Of a stretch of DNA of 64,000 bases, positions 29,487 to 44,410 are shown in pieces (the first letter of the stretch is position 1; each line of letters opens with the position of its first letter). The stretch is taken from NCBI RefSeq assembly GCF_009914755.1, contig NC_060939.1, one strand, 5' to 3'. Both the position numbers and the translations under genes were made by a program. The stretch is from the human T2T-CHM13v2.0 reference genome, Homo sapiens. The notes below the pieces were generated by a model. That model saw nothing but the letters and a program-made list of their open reading frames with translations, did not search any database and was not told the origin of the DNA.

Positions 29487-30449
29487 AATTTCTTTAAAAC
29501 CAAAATATATTTCATTTTCAAGGGATACATGTTACATATAAGAACACAAAAAGGTTGAAACTAAAAGGATTAAAATATACCATGCAAATGCTAATCAAAG
29601 GAAAGCTGATGAAGCTATGCTAATATCAGGCAAAGTAGACATTAAGGCAAAAAGCAATACTAGACGTAAAGAAGGTCATTTCATAATAATATAAAAGGTC
29701 CATACACTGGAAAGACATAATAATTCTAAATTCATGTGAACTTAATAATTTGGCTTTAAAGAAATAAAGCAAAATATGACAGAGCTAAAATGAGTATGGC
29801 CACAAATTTCATTTCTCTAGAAGCTAAACCAGAGAGTCTAGCTGTGTGATTTAGAACAAATGAAGTGAGCCCACAATGTTTCCAGGCCATAGCACAGGAA
29901 GAGGGAACCCAAACAGCTCAGGAATTACAAAGGTTTGAGTTTGGGTTCAGAGATGACAAGGAATGAAAATTATATCAGATGGAAATTTGCATCTACAAAA
30001 ATAAATGAAGAGCCCTGGAAATGGTGAGTGTATATGAATGGATATAAAAGTCTTTTTTTCTCTCATTTAAGAAACTTTTTTCTTAAAGATAATTGCTTAA
30101 AACAAGAATAATAATATGTTATGGAATTTTTCACATAAGTAGAGGTTTTTTTGTTTTTTTAAAGCAGTATAGTTAATATACCAGTAGTGGAGATAAAATG
30201 GAATTATGAAAATTACTTACCCAACAATGACAAAAAGAAAAAAAAATGACAAAGATGAGACATAGTAAACCAATAGCTAGATAGCAGATATATACCCAAT
30301 CATAGCAATAATCACATTAAATGTAAATGGTCTAAATACCATTAAAAAATGGAGATTATCTAATTTGATTTAAAAAAAAATTTCATTTACATATTGTCTA
30401 CAAAAACTCACATTGAATATAAAAACACAGGTTAATAGTAAACAGCTGA

Positions 30450-30817
<368 letters not shown>

Positions 30818-31257
30818 TTAGTATCAGATAAAGTAGATTTTAGAGCAAGAAGTATGAAGGACATTTGATAATATAAAAGGGGTCAGTTTACCAAGAGTAT
30901 ATAGTGATCTTAAACATGTAGGCCCCTAATAATGGAGCATTAAAATAGATGAAGGAAAATTAATAGAATTCAAAGGAGAAATAGACAAATATACAATTAT
31001 AGTTGGGGTCCGCAACATTATTTCTCAATAATTGATTCAGTTGAACTGTAGTCTACCACAAGAGGCATGATTTATCCTTGTTACATTAGTTTTAATGTTT
31101 CCATTCTAATTGGGAGTTGCTCTCTCATTAGCCAAAAGATTATTCCTGCTAACCCTGATTATCAAAGTAGTGTTAAAGTGCACATTCTATTCTAAGTGTC
31201 AACAACCAGAGATCAGTAAAAATAGCAAATACTTATTGGGGCTTACTAATTTCTAGA

Positions 31258-31490
31258 TGTATTTGTGTCCTGTTGTTATTATAGCAAATTACCACAACCT
31301 TAGTTGCTTATAACAACACAGATTTATTTTACAGTTCTGGAGATCAGAAGTTCAAAATGCATATCACTGGGCTAAAATCAAGGGGCCAGTAGGATTATGT
31401 TCCTTCTGGAAGCTGTAGTGGGGATCTTTTCCTTGCATTTTCTAACTCCTAGAGGCTGTCTGTATTCCTTGGCTCATGGCTCCCTTCTAA
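31258..31490 (-). mobile_element. MLT1 LTR fragment
   Basis: aaattaccacaaccttagttgcttataacaacacagatttattttacagttctggagatcagaag; same family as 1277-1848. Confidence 0.7.
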
Positions 31491-31790
31491 AGAAGTAAAA
31501 AGGCCTGTATTTCAGATGGAATACTTGATCTGTGTAATCCATCAAGTAGATAAAACCACTTTTTTGGTTTATTGAAACAAGACCATGAAAGTAAAGTTTT
31601 GAAAAAGAAAACAAATTTTCAATTCGAATCCCCTTTGCAATTCTGATGACAGTTTTTCTCCTGGTGCTCTGCTTAGGTATGGGTAAGCAGGGGTGAGACA
31701 GATTTTATTATACTTTAGACTTTTGAAGACAAAATATCTAATTTTACCAAGTTTTTATGAGCAGCCAGAGATTTTGCCTTTGCTACCTAG

Positions 31791-32098
<308 letters not shown>

Positions 32099-32217
32099 TT
32101 GTCCAGTCATTCTTAAAAATCACATGTTAAGTGAGTTGATGGACTATTCGCTGAGCACTTGGCAACATCCTCAGCAAATGCCCTCATTTCATTTTGTTGT
32201 TGTTGTTTGTTCTCTAG

Positions 32218-32640
<423 letters not shown>

Positions 32641-34404
32641 TAAAGTAGGCTATTGTCTGAGTAATTACCATTTCCTTTTATTTGCAAGAAAATAACAATT
32701 TTAATTATTTGAGAATGGACAACTTCCTGTGTCTGGTATGTTAACGAGTGAATCTATAGTGTCAGTCTGGTAGGAGAGTATGGTAGAATAGTCATTAATG
32801 TCTTTCTAACATATAGTGCTGATCTAGGACTAATTTATGTTCTTAGTAATCAGTGATACTTTCAAGCAATGGCTCCTGAGATACATATTGTGTTATATTG
32901 CGAAATGTCTTCCTAGGAACAGAAGTCTTGATTAGTCACTTGGTTTTATGGGATTGATATGACTACATGAATCGTGTGTGTGTGTGTGTATGTATGTATA
33001 TTAATATGTCCGTATGTTCTTACTCCTGAGTTATTTGTCATGAAAATAGAAATCATTGAGTTATGCCTTTATTTTGCCAGTTGTCTAAAATATTTCAAGT
33101 ACTTTTTAAAAAATTGATGTGTTGCTTTCTAGCTTTTATTGTTACAGAGCTTGGAACCATTATACTTCCTAAACTAGCTGCGGCTTCTTACAGGGAAAAA
33201 ATAAGTGTTTAGAATAGCAGAGTAGAATTTGAGGGGGGAATTATATTCACATAATTTGTTTATATGTATACTAGAAACAATTAGACAATTAAATAGAAAA
33301 CAAGGGGGAAAAATCTATTCACACATGGCTTCTTCTCTCAAGGAGTTTATTTTTTGACATAAATGCAGCAGCAAGGACCTGTAAGACATTTATCCTTGAG
33401 AGTAAGCTTTTGATTAGTCCAATGTCATAGACTAAATGAGAGTATTTCTGTTTGGGTGGAGAATATGCTTTTTCGGGAGGAGCAGCAGACAGTAGGAAAG
33501 GAGCCAAGAATACACAATTGAGAAACAGTTTTCTAACAGTGTAAGATGACTTACTTAACATTGATTATTAAAGATTGTAGAATATTCATATTTGGGCATT
33601 TTAGGATAGTTTCTCATTTTCCCAGAAAGGCTGAAAGAGGGCATACTGGCTTAAAATTTCATAGTCATCTTAAGGGGTTCCTTTCAGAAAAGTATGTTCA
33701 AGCTGGACATATTTAACTTTTGGGTGCTCTATAACCTCTAAGGATTTAGGTGTAAAGTATGTGAAAAACATGTAAAAGATTCCATAAAGCCCCCAAAAGT
33801 CTTGAAGTTTGACCTCCTCAGTCACTTCTTGTGACTAACATGGAGAAAAGAGAAATCAAAATTTTATTGACTTTATGTTTGTTTTTAGTTTATAAATTCC
33901 CCTTGTTTTATCTCTACATTCAGGCTCTATAAATTTATACCAAGAAACTGCTAGAAAAATTACATTTTAAGTCAAGAAATAGACATCAATAACATACTTG
34001 AATGCTTTCTCCCTCCCAACCCCAGGCACTAGTAATGGGGGGAAACATTGATGTCATATGAGTCTTCAAATTCAGTATATGTTAAACTTCTGTTTAAAGT
34101 CACTTTGCTTCCTAGAGGTGGAGTTTCAGCACTAAGGAAAAAGAACAGTCTCTATCCTTATTACATATGTGCATTGTAGGGTATGATAAGAAGCTCAGTT
34201 TATAACCCAGGTACCCTATTAGACTGTTTAGGGACCATAGCTACTTTGTGGTTGGCTTAATAGAGAAGGAAAGATTTGTATAACATCTTAATTTCTTAAT
34301 CAACATTTGCCACAATTTGAAACCTAGAGTTTATTATGATGTGTGAGTAATAATTTAAATTCTGTCTTAAGGAAGCAATTTTTAAAACATGAAGCAGTGT
34401 GTAG

Positions 34405-34801
<397 letters not shown>

Positions 34802-35581
34802 AGAAGATTATTTTTTTTTTATTTTTTTGACCTTATTTTTTCTGGGGCCACCGTTCACACAGCTGAGGTGGGGATGCCGCCCCATAGAAGATGATTTTGA
34901 TTTGGGAAGAAAGACAGAAAGTATAATTTTCTCCTTGCCAAATATTTGTAATTCAGGTTTTACCTTTGTAAATAATCCTAGTGCCAAGATTTTAGGTTAT
35001 TTATATAAATGTCAGTGAAAACTTAGTTTCAACCCTTAGAAAATGTATTGATATATATATATGGAATATATTTATATGCCTTAAGAAATAATCTTAGGTA
35101 AAATTTCATTTCTGCTTCACCACCTTATTTTTTTAGGTAAATGCTGTTTCTGTGCTGCAAGTTACATTCACCTCAAATTTAAAAACCAACAGAAAGTATC
35201 TACACCCTTTGATCAGCATGAAGTAAGGTCTTAAGCAGGAGGTTAATGAAAGGTCTTGCAGTGCTGAAGTTAATTCAATTTGGTAACCTTCTTATTTGCT
35301 TAGAAAATTGTGCAGCTGGGAAATCTTAGTTTAAATCTTATTTAATTCACATTTATTGCTGATAAAATTTATGTTGCCTACCAATATATCATTCTGTGGA
35401 AAGCCAGATTGTATTTGTTTCTTGATTGCTATTCTTATCAACTTTTATGAGATAATAAAAATTACAGAAGCTTAGAGAAAGGTGATTTTTTTCAGGGGAA
35501 TATGTACTCTGGTTTTACTGATTGCTTATTTGGGAAAATGCTAACATACCTTATAACAGATGTTTAACAAATATTTGTTGA

Positions 35582-35948
<367 letters not shown>

Positions 35949-36299
35949 TGACTTAGATATCACTTCATCCATAAACATTTTCCTTTGTTTGCCTATTATG
36001 AGTGCCTACTGTGTGGTAGGCACTAAATTAAGTGTTCACTTAATCTTAAAACTACTTTATAAAGCAGAAAGTATGATATCAGCTTAACAGATGAGGAAAC
36101 CGAAGTTTGGAAAGGTCAACTAACTTGTCCAAGATTGTCAAGCTTACCAGGATTCAAATTTAGGCCTATCAGACTAAAAAGCTCAGGTTGTCCCAAAAAT
36201 ATACCTTCTCACTTTGTTTGTATGACCTATTTAATTAGTTTCTTCTATATTTTCATAGCATTTATTACTCAAAAACAAAACTATAGAAACCCATTATAG

Positions 36300-36765
36300 A
36301 TTAATTTTACTAAGGTATAGTTTACATAAAATAAAATGTGCCCCTTTAAAATTTATAGTTGGATGAGTTTTGTCGGATGAATACAGTCATTTAACTACCA
36401 GCACAACAATCAAAATCTAGAACATTTCCATCGTCCTCAAAAGCCCCTCATCTATGTCCCATTATAAGTCACTCCCTTCCTGCCACTGCTGATTAACTTT
36501 TATCCCTATGATTTTCTTTTTCCAGAATGTCACATAAATGAAATTATATAGTAAGTACACTTTTGTGTCTGACTTCTTTCACTTAGTGAAATGCTTTTGA
36601 GATTCATCTATGTTGTGGCAGGTTATCAGTATCAGTGCATTGCTGTGTTGTGTTCCATTGTATGGATGAACCACAGTTTATCCAGTCACCATTTGGTGGA
36701 CATTTGGGTTGTTTCCAGCTTGGAATTATCATTAATAAACTGCTGTAACCATACATGTTCATAAC
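36300..36765 (-). mobile_element. L1M 3'UTR fragment
   Basis: ttttgtgtctgacttctttcacttag, gagattcatctatgttgt and ggacatttgggttgtttccag motifs. Confidence 0.75.
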
Positions 36766-37798
36766 CTGTTTAGTTTTAAAATTTCTGGATTATTATGGCA
36801 TTCTCTGGAGTCATATGGCCTTCTAACGAGTTCATAGATTCCTTAGTTTTAGATATGAGATACATCATTGAAGGCTGTGAGCCCTTTGTTAGAAATTGGA
36901 GATGAATTTGTTGATTGCTTTCAAAATTTGGAGATGACATTTGAGACACGCCTTTTAAAAAAATTAGCATGTAGTAGTAGTAGTAGGAAATAAATGACAT
37001 AAAAAGTGCAGGGAAATGTAGTATAATGGCAAACACTGGACTAAGATAAATTTGGGTTCTGAGCCTATAATCTGGTTTCATTTTCCAGCTGTATCTCTTA
37101 AGAGATTTTGGACAAGTTGAGACTTGAAAAAACTAGTAACCGCCCTAAAAGAAAAATGGAACTTACATTTCCACATTCTTGAGTATATACACGTATCTCA
37201 TTTAGTTCTCAAGACACCTGTGAGGTACCTGTGAGCTAGATAGTACTAGTGCTAGTGTACTAATGAGAAAACCGTGATTCAGAGAAGTGAAATAACTGGC
37301 AGTGGAAGAAAAGCTAGTAAGTGATTGAGTCAACAGTTGACTCTATATCAGTTTCCTTATCTGAAAAACGAAGGTAATACCACTTTGTAGTTATGAGAAT
37401 TAAGTGGGATTACATTAATAAGGACTCAAAACTGCTGCTAGTCTCTTCCTCTACCCCCCTTTTTATAAAGGTCCCCACTTCCCAGTCTCTTGACCTGCCA
37501 TTCTGTTAACTATTAATTAATAAGAGAAATTTATAATATGGATATTACTCTTATGTATCTTTAAAATTGCAAAAGATTATGCAGTGTCTGAAGGCTGTAT
37601 ATTAAATGTTTCTTTTTATCATAAACATTAGAAAAAACATTACTTCAGATTGCAAGTAGAATTTGCAGTATTGTTTCTTCTACCAGATTATCCTTACATG
37701 TTTCCATTAGCGTATTCTCACAATCATTTTTTCTGATATCATGCTTTCTGCATTGCTTTGTGAAGTAGCTCAAAACTGCATTCTATATAAAAAAATTA

Positions 37799-38302
<504 letters not shown>

Positions 38303-39554
38303 TTATTGTCAACAACTATTCTATAGAACCTGTGTTTGAACCATGCAGAGTAAACACATCATTAAGTTTTCTTTTTCTTGGCTTTCCTAATGAGTGGAGA
38401 AATCTTAACACAGCTGGAGAAGCCTGAAACTCCTTTCTGAGCTGATTTATTTACATAGCATATGCTTAGTTTGACACATTGCTTAGAAGCAAGCAGAGAG
38501 CTTTTAAAGTTAAGTGCTATACAGTACTTCAAAGAACATTTTAGCTACACTGTAATTGTTCAGCTTTTCTGGATACAAAGCATCTCTTTGCTGTTAAAAA
38601 AACATTCCTGTCTCACTTTTTTATGTTATGGCTTTCAGTGCTAGAGAAAAGTAAGCTGAATGTATTTAAAAGCTCTTTTTAAAAACATATTTTAGTTTCA
38701 GAAGCTGACGCATAATGCTAGTAGTTTAAGATTGTGTCTGCACAACCAAGGGTAAATCTTTCTGCTCTTATCTAGTTGGTGTGAAAGTATATGGTGACTT
38801 GGAGCCATAATATGATACTATGATGTAAAGAACTTACACTTCAAAGCCAGATTAAATCTAGGTTTAAATCCCACTATGTGCTCACTAATAATTTTTCTTC
38901 AGCAAAGTTAAGAACTACTCAGTTTCTTCAACCATATGTGGGTGATAAAAAAAAAATCTTCTTAGGGTTTGATTTCAATAACCGAAAGTATATCTAATGC
39001 TTAGCATATATGGTAAAACTACTCGTTAAACCTTTCCTTTTTCTGTGACCTTCCCCACCCTCCCAAAAAGGAACAACTTCCTTTCTCATTGAAATGAATA
39101 TTTTTTTAGCCTAAATATGTTTTATTAAGGTTTGAGGATAAATGAGAGTAGCAGGGTTGACCTACTTATGGAGTGCTGATGATGATTTTCATTCAGCACA
39201 AGCTCTGGATTGTGGAAAGAATAGGTTGCCATACAGGTAACAAAACCCAATAGAATAGTTTGAAAATGAACATACATAATTATAAACATGGCGACAAAAT
39301 ACATGCCTTCAGTGTGTCTGAATAAGGCATGTTTGAGTGGAATGCCTGAATAGGCATTGATAGAGGGAAATATATATATAAATAAAAAATGCCCTGCATC
39401 TTCAAGGAATTCAATCTAGAGAAAAATACCCACAGATTCATAATTACTTGCAAACCAGACTTGAAGAATTTGTGTAATTGAGATATAGTAAAGGGCGACA
39501 TGGGGAGAGAGTGATTAATTTGTACATTGAGAAACTTTCTGGTGAGATGGTATG

Positions 39555-40030
39555 ACAGAGACTGTGGGTTTCCTCCCAGGGTCTGTTTTCTCCTTAATAA
39601 TAGAACCCGGTTTTTTCCACTTGGCATGTGGCTGCCTAGAACAGAGGTGCCTCCTAGCTTCCCTTGCAGCTAGAGGTGGCCATGTGACTAAGATTTGACT
39701 AATGAAATGTTGGAAATGTTGTGTGAAGCTTGAGGAAAGTCTCATTAGTTTGAATTAGTTCTACTGAGAGATGTGCTGTTTTGCCCTTCTGCCTTTCTTT
39801 TTCTTTCTGGGATACAACACAGACATGATGGCTGAGGCTTCAGTAGCTTTCTTAGGGCATAAGGTGATGTAGAAAGATAGAAAGCACCTAGGTCCTTGAT
39901 GAGCACATAGCTGCATATATGCTCCAGACTGCCTATTTCTAGATATATTTTATATGAGTGAAAACCCAAGCTGGAACATAAGATGGTTTATTTCTGGTGT
40001 CTGTTACTAATAGCAAAACCTGTTCCTCAC
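39555..40030 (+). mobile_element. Old MLT1 (J/K-like) LTR
   Basis: Motif cctagcttcccttgcagctagaggtggccatgtgactaag and typical downstream LTR sequence. Confidence 0.65.
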
Positions 40031-41049
40031 AGGTACAGATAGCAGTGTGGTACAAGCATCTGACTCCCTCTAACCCCACATCTAGTTACCACTGAAATGA
40101 CTATAAATATATCTAAATAGAGTGTACCAGCATTGAAAACACCAAAAAGGAAGTGTTCACATACCTGAAATACCAACATCCCAAGAAAAAGAAATAACTG
40201 CAGTAGGTTGAAATGTATCAAATATGTTAAAAATCTGTGAGTTCATATGTTACTTTTTTTTAAAGCTCCTTATGTTTGGGGACTAGGGAGCCAATTCATT
40301 ATTTTGAAAATTGATAAAGATTTAATCATTAATTCTGCCCTTCCCATACAAACTGTATATCTCAGGGTAACCAAGTAGTTGGCAAGAGCAAGATTTTCTT
40401 TATAGAAATATTTTAACTATACATTAAGAAGGTCTGATAGAATATCACCCATTTTGCAACTTTTAATGAAACAATCATCAGTGATTGCTAAAAGTAATAT
40501 TGGGTGAACTGCTAAAGGATAACTTTATAATGGCTTTCCTCTTGTTTTTGGGCTACAACACAGACATGGCTGAGGCTTTAGTAGCTTTCTTGGGTCATAT
40601 AATGGCTTTATAATGGATTAGGCTGAAAATAGGGATTAATCTTAACATCATAAAAAGAGAGACAGTTGAACATTATATACTTCCTGATGAAGGTTCACAT
40701 CTCTATCATGAAGTATCCTTGTGAAAAATCAAACCCTACTTTTATCAAACCTCTAGATATCTAGTAACTGATATATAAGAAATATTGAGGAGACAGACTC
40801 TGAAATAAGATTCTGCAACCTTAAAAATACAGGAATGTTGCACTCAACACCAGGGCAAAAGCACATACTCTTGATATAAAAGGTTACTTCTGTAACAAGA
40901 AAATTGTAGAAAACATTTTTTTATGCTTGTAGATTTTTTAAATTGTGGAGTCTTTGGAGTGAGATGTAGAAAATAAGTTCATAAGGCAGCAGGTGGGGAT
41001 GAAAGTGGGGGCTAGCTAACGGGGAGGCATACATTAAAAGGGTGTTGGA

Positions 41050-41830
41050 TATTAATAAGTACGGCCTATAGGATGGAAACTAAAAAATGCAATATCCGAA
41101 TAAGAAACAATAAAATAGAAACTAAATAGGCAGTATATAGATTAAACTGTACCAGAAGCAACAGAGAGTGGATTAGAAAATTGTATTAGTGATGCAGACT
41201 ACAAATTTGAGAAGCTCTCCCAAAATGCAGAGGAAAAGGGGGAGAAGAGATGAAAAAAGAAAATTTGAAGAAAAAGATGATTGACATAAAGGATAGAGTA
41301 CAGAGATCCAATATATACAATTGACATTTTGGAAGAGACCAGAACAAATTCAACAGGAACAATTATTAAACACACAATGGGATAAAAACTTTTCTGAGAT
41401 GAAGGATGACCTGAGCCTGCAATTCGAGCAGGCTTGTTGCCAAACACCAGGAAAAATTAATGAAAACAGCCTAACAACTAAAGCTATTCTGGCGAAACTT
41501 TGTACTTTCTCTTGTTAAAATCATCATCGTCGTCGTCATCATCATCATCATGATCATCAGGCATCCAGGAAGGGAGAAAAACAAGAAAACATACAAGTTG
41601 TTCACAAGGAAAGAAAAGATGGACTAGCTTTAGATTGATTGTTCTTATCATTAAACATCGGCTTGTTCTTGCCATTAAACAGTTGAGCAGTGTATACAGA
41701 GTTCTGTAGGCAATTTGGACCCTAAAATTCTTTATTCAGCCAAGTTGTTTGATGAAGAAGCAACACATATTTTCAATTCTGCAAGACTTCAAAATATATA
41801 CCACCCACCTACCCTTCTAAAAGAATTATT
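41050..41830 (+). mobile_element. HAL1/L1 ORF1-like fragment
   Basis: A-rich decayed ORF1-like sequence (ENSLTTKAILAKL), containing a (CAT)n microsatellite. Confidence 0.5.
41521..41558. repeat. (CAT/CGT)n trinucleotide microsatellite
   Basis: tcatcatcgtcgtcgtcatcatcatcatcatgatcatc. Confidence 0.9.
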
Positions 41831-42118
41831 TCAAAACATACTGTAGCTGAGAGATTCTGCAACATACAGGCAAAAGCCAAAACTTACAAATTTTTTCCAA
41901 GCATGACTTTAGGGCTTAGCTAACTCTTGAATCACTGCTTTGTAAATTGATTCAAGAGTTAACTAAAGTCATTCTCACTGGAGCACAAACTAATTATTCT
42001 GCAAAAATCAATATGCTAGTGACCCTAATTTTCAGAATTGCCTAAGATAGTTCTGAGTTTGGGCAGCATACGTATTTCCACTTGCACATAGTACCTACTT
42101 TATGCATATGGTATATTA

Positions 42119-42303
42119 CAGTGGTTCTCAAAGTGTGATCTCCTGACCAGAAGCATAGGTTTCACCTGGAACTTGATAGAAAAGCAGGTTTTTAGGTCTC
42201 TACCTAGATTTAGTAAATCAGAAACTGTGGGGTTTGTGAACAGCAATCTGTGTTTGAACAAACCTTCTAGGTAATTCTAATGCCCAGTGAAATTTAGAGC
42301 CAG
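42119..42303. mobile_element. MER5A (hAT-Charlie) MITE, followed by a further degraded MER5-like piece to about 42435
   Basis: Starts cagtggttctcaaagtgtg; contains aatcagaaact and agcaatctgtgttt motifs. Confidence 0.75.
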
Positions 42304-43227
42304 TTGTATTGGTTCTCAGACCAAATTAATCATCAGAATCACTTGTGTAAGACTTTGAAATGTCTTTTCCCCGTCCAGATGAGACTTAATTATCTGGATT
42401 TGGAAATCACTGGTCTGATAAAGCTTAGAACCAAAAGACCACCTTATCAATTTCTGAGCCTTAGTATTTTCTATTGTAAAATAGCACTCATTTTCCTGAC
42501 CATTTCATTGGATTGTTGCAGAAATTAAATGAAGAAATGAATGTAAAAGTACTTTGCAGTGTAGATAAGGAAATCCATAGCTACAAGTTCATTATCCTGT
42601 GTTTGAAAAGGGCCTCACTTAATGGTTGTTAATATTCTCTTGGAGACCAGTATATACCATCTGTGTTGGGCTTCAGTGAAGTGTTCTCCCCATGCACCTC
42701 TTTCTAGTATCTTTCCCTTTCCTAACTAAACTACCTGCCACACTACTTTTTATTTGATTTTCAAATTCAATTATTATATTTATTTTACCACCTTTTCAAT
42801 GTGGATTTTTTTCACTTGTTTTCTGTATGTTCAAGTCTTGTATCTTCAAGGTTCTAAGTTATTTGAGAGCGGAAATCGTTTCTATATATATTTTTATTTT
42901 CCTCAGTATCAGATGTTAAGCTAAGCTATGCATCTATATATCTATATACTATAGATATATAGTAATACTAAGTAAAATGCTTCATTCATTGAATTTAGTC
43001 TGTTCATTAGCTCATTGTCATTAACTGCTGTAGGAATTGATGAGGATTTTCTTTTTCTATTTGATTAATTTAGTGCTTTGATGCAAACAACTTTCCTTCT
43101 ACTAGTATGAAAAAGTGGTTGGTCTGGAACCAGTCAACATCTGTACTTCTTAAAATTATTTTTTTAAAGGTTCATCATATTATTCTTTCTGCCTAGTTTA
43201 TGGTTGCTGAAGTTAAGAAAACTGGAA

Positions 43228-43580
43228 CTAGGTGTGGTAGCTCATGCCTGTAATCCCAGCACTTTGGGAAGCCGAGGCAGGGGGTGTTGCTTGAGTTCAG
43301 AAGTTCAAGACCAGTCTGGGAAACACAGTGAGACTTCATCTCTACTAAAAATAAAAATAAAAAATAAAAATTAGCCAAGCATGATGGTGTGCACCTGTAG
43401 TCCCAGCTACCCAGGAGGCTAAGGCAGAAGGATCACTTGAGCCCGAGAGATTGCAGCTACAGTGAGCTATGAGCATGGCACTGCACTCCAGCCTGGGTGA
43501 CAGAGTGAGAGATCCTGTCCAAAAAAAAAAAAAAAAAAAGAAAGAAAGAAATGAAAAGAAAGGAGAAAGGAAAGAAAAAA
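43228..43580 (+). mobile_element. AluJ with A/(GAAA)n tail
   Basis: Dimer with TSD aagaaaactggaa. Confidence 0.92.
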
Positions 43581-43919
43581 AGAAAACTGGAATTGCTTTG
43601 GTGTCCTGTTAGGGGTAAGACTAAGATTTTCCTACAAAAGTATGTCAGGTAGGAGGCCCAGTAGGCTTAGAATATGAATTTCCACACCTGAGCTAATAGA
43701 AGCCACCAGGTGGTCTCAGGTCTCCTTATGAGTAAAGTGCAATAACCACGAATGTGTCTTCCCCCAACTTCTAGTTCTGTTCTGCATTTTTATTTATACA
43801 TTATCTTTAAAGGCTAATAAAATTAGCTTTCCTTAGATGGTTCTCCTTTATCTCCATAGTGTTGAAATTTTTTATTTTTGTTTTGCTTTTTCGTTTCATA
43901 GCTTCAAAGCCGATTTATT

Positions 43920-44047
43920 GGCTCGGCTCAGTGGCTCACACCTGTAATCCCAGCACTTTGGGAGGCTAAAAGGATCACTTGAGCCCAGGAGTTCAAGACC
44001 AGGCTGGGTAACTAATGAGACCGCCCCCATCTCAAAAAAAAAAAAAA
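43920..44047 (+). mobile_element. FLAM-type Alu monomer
   Basis: Single left-arm monomer with A tail and TSD aaagcc(g/a)attt. Confidence 0.85.
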
Positions 44048-44266
44048 GCCAATTTGTGTTGCATGACATGAGCAAATAGATTCGACCTTTGCTGTCACTG
44101 GTGATTTTCATTCTAAGGGTAATTACAATCTGTATTCAAGATTATATGTTCTTGCCAGAAATTAAACTAAGTAGAAAAAAAAAAGTTAAAGCTTTTTATT
44201 CCCCTTGACTTCTTGCCTTTTTTTATTATTATTTTTATTTTTGCTATGGCTAATAAAAAGTCATAG

Positions 44267-44410
<144 letters not shown>

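Noticed and set aside
41484-41675. ORF with a poly-Asp run
   Set aside because: Artefact of the (CAT/CGT)n microsatellite.
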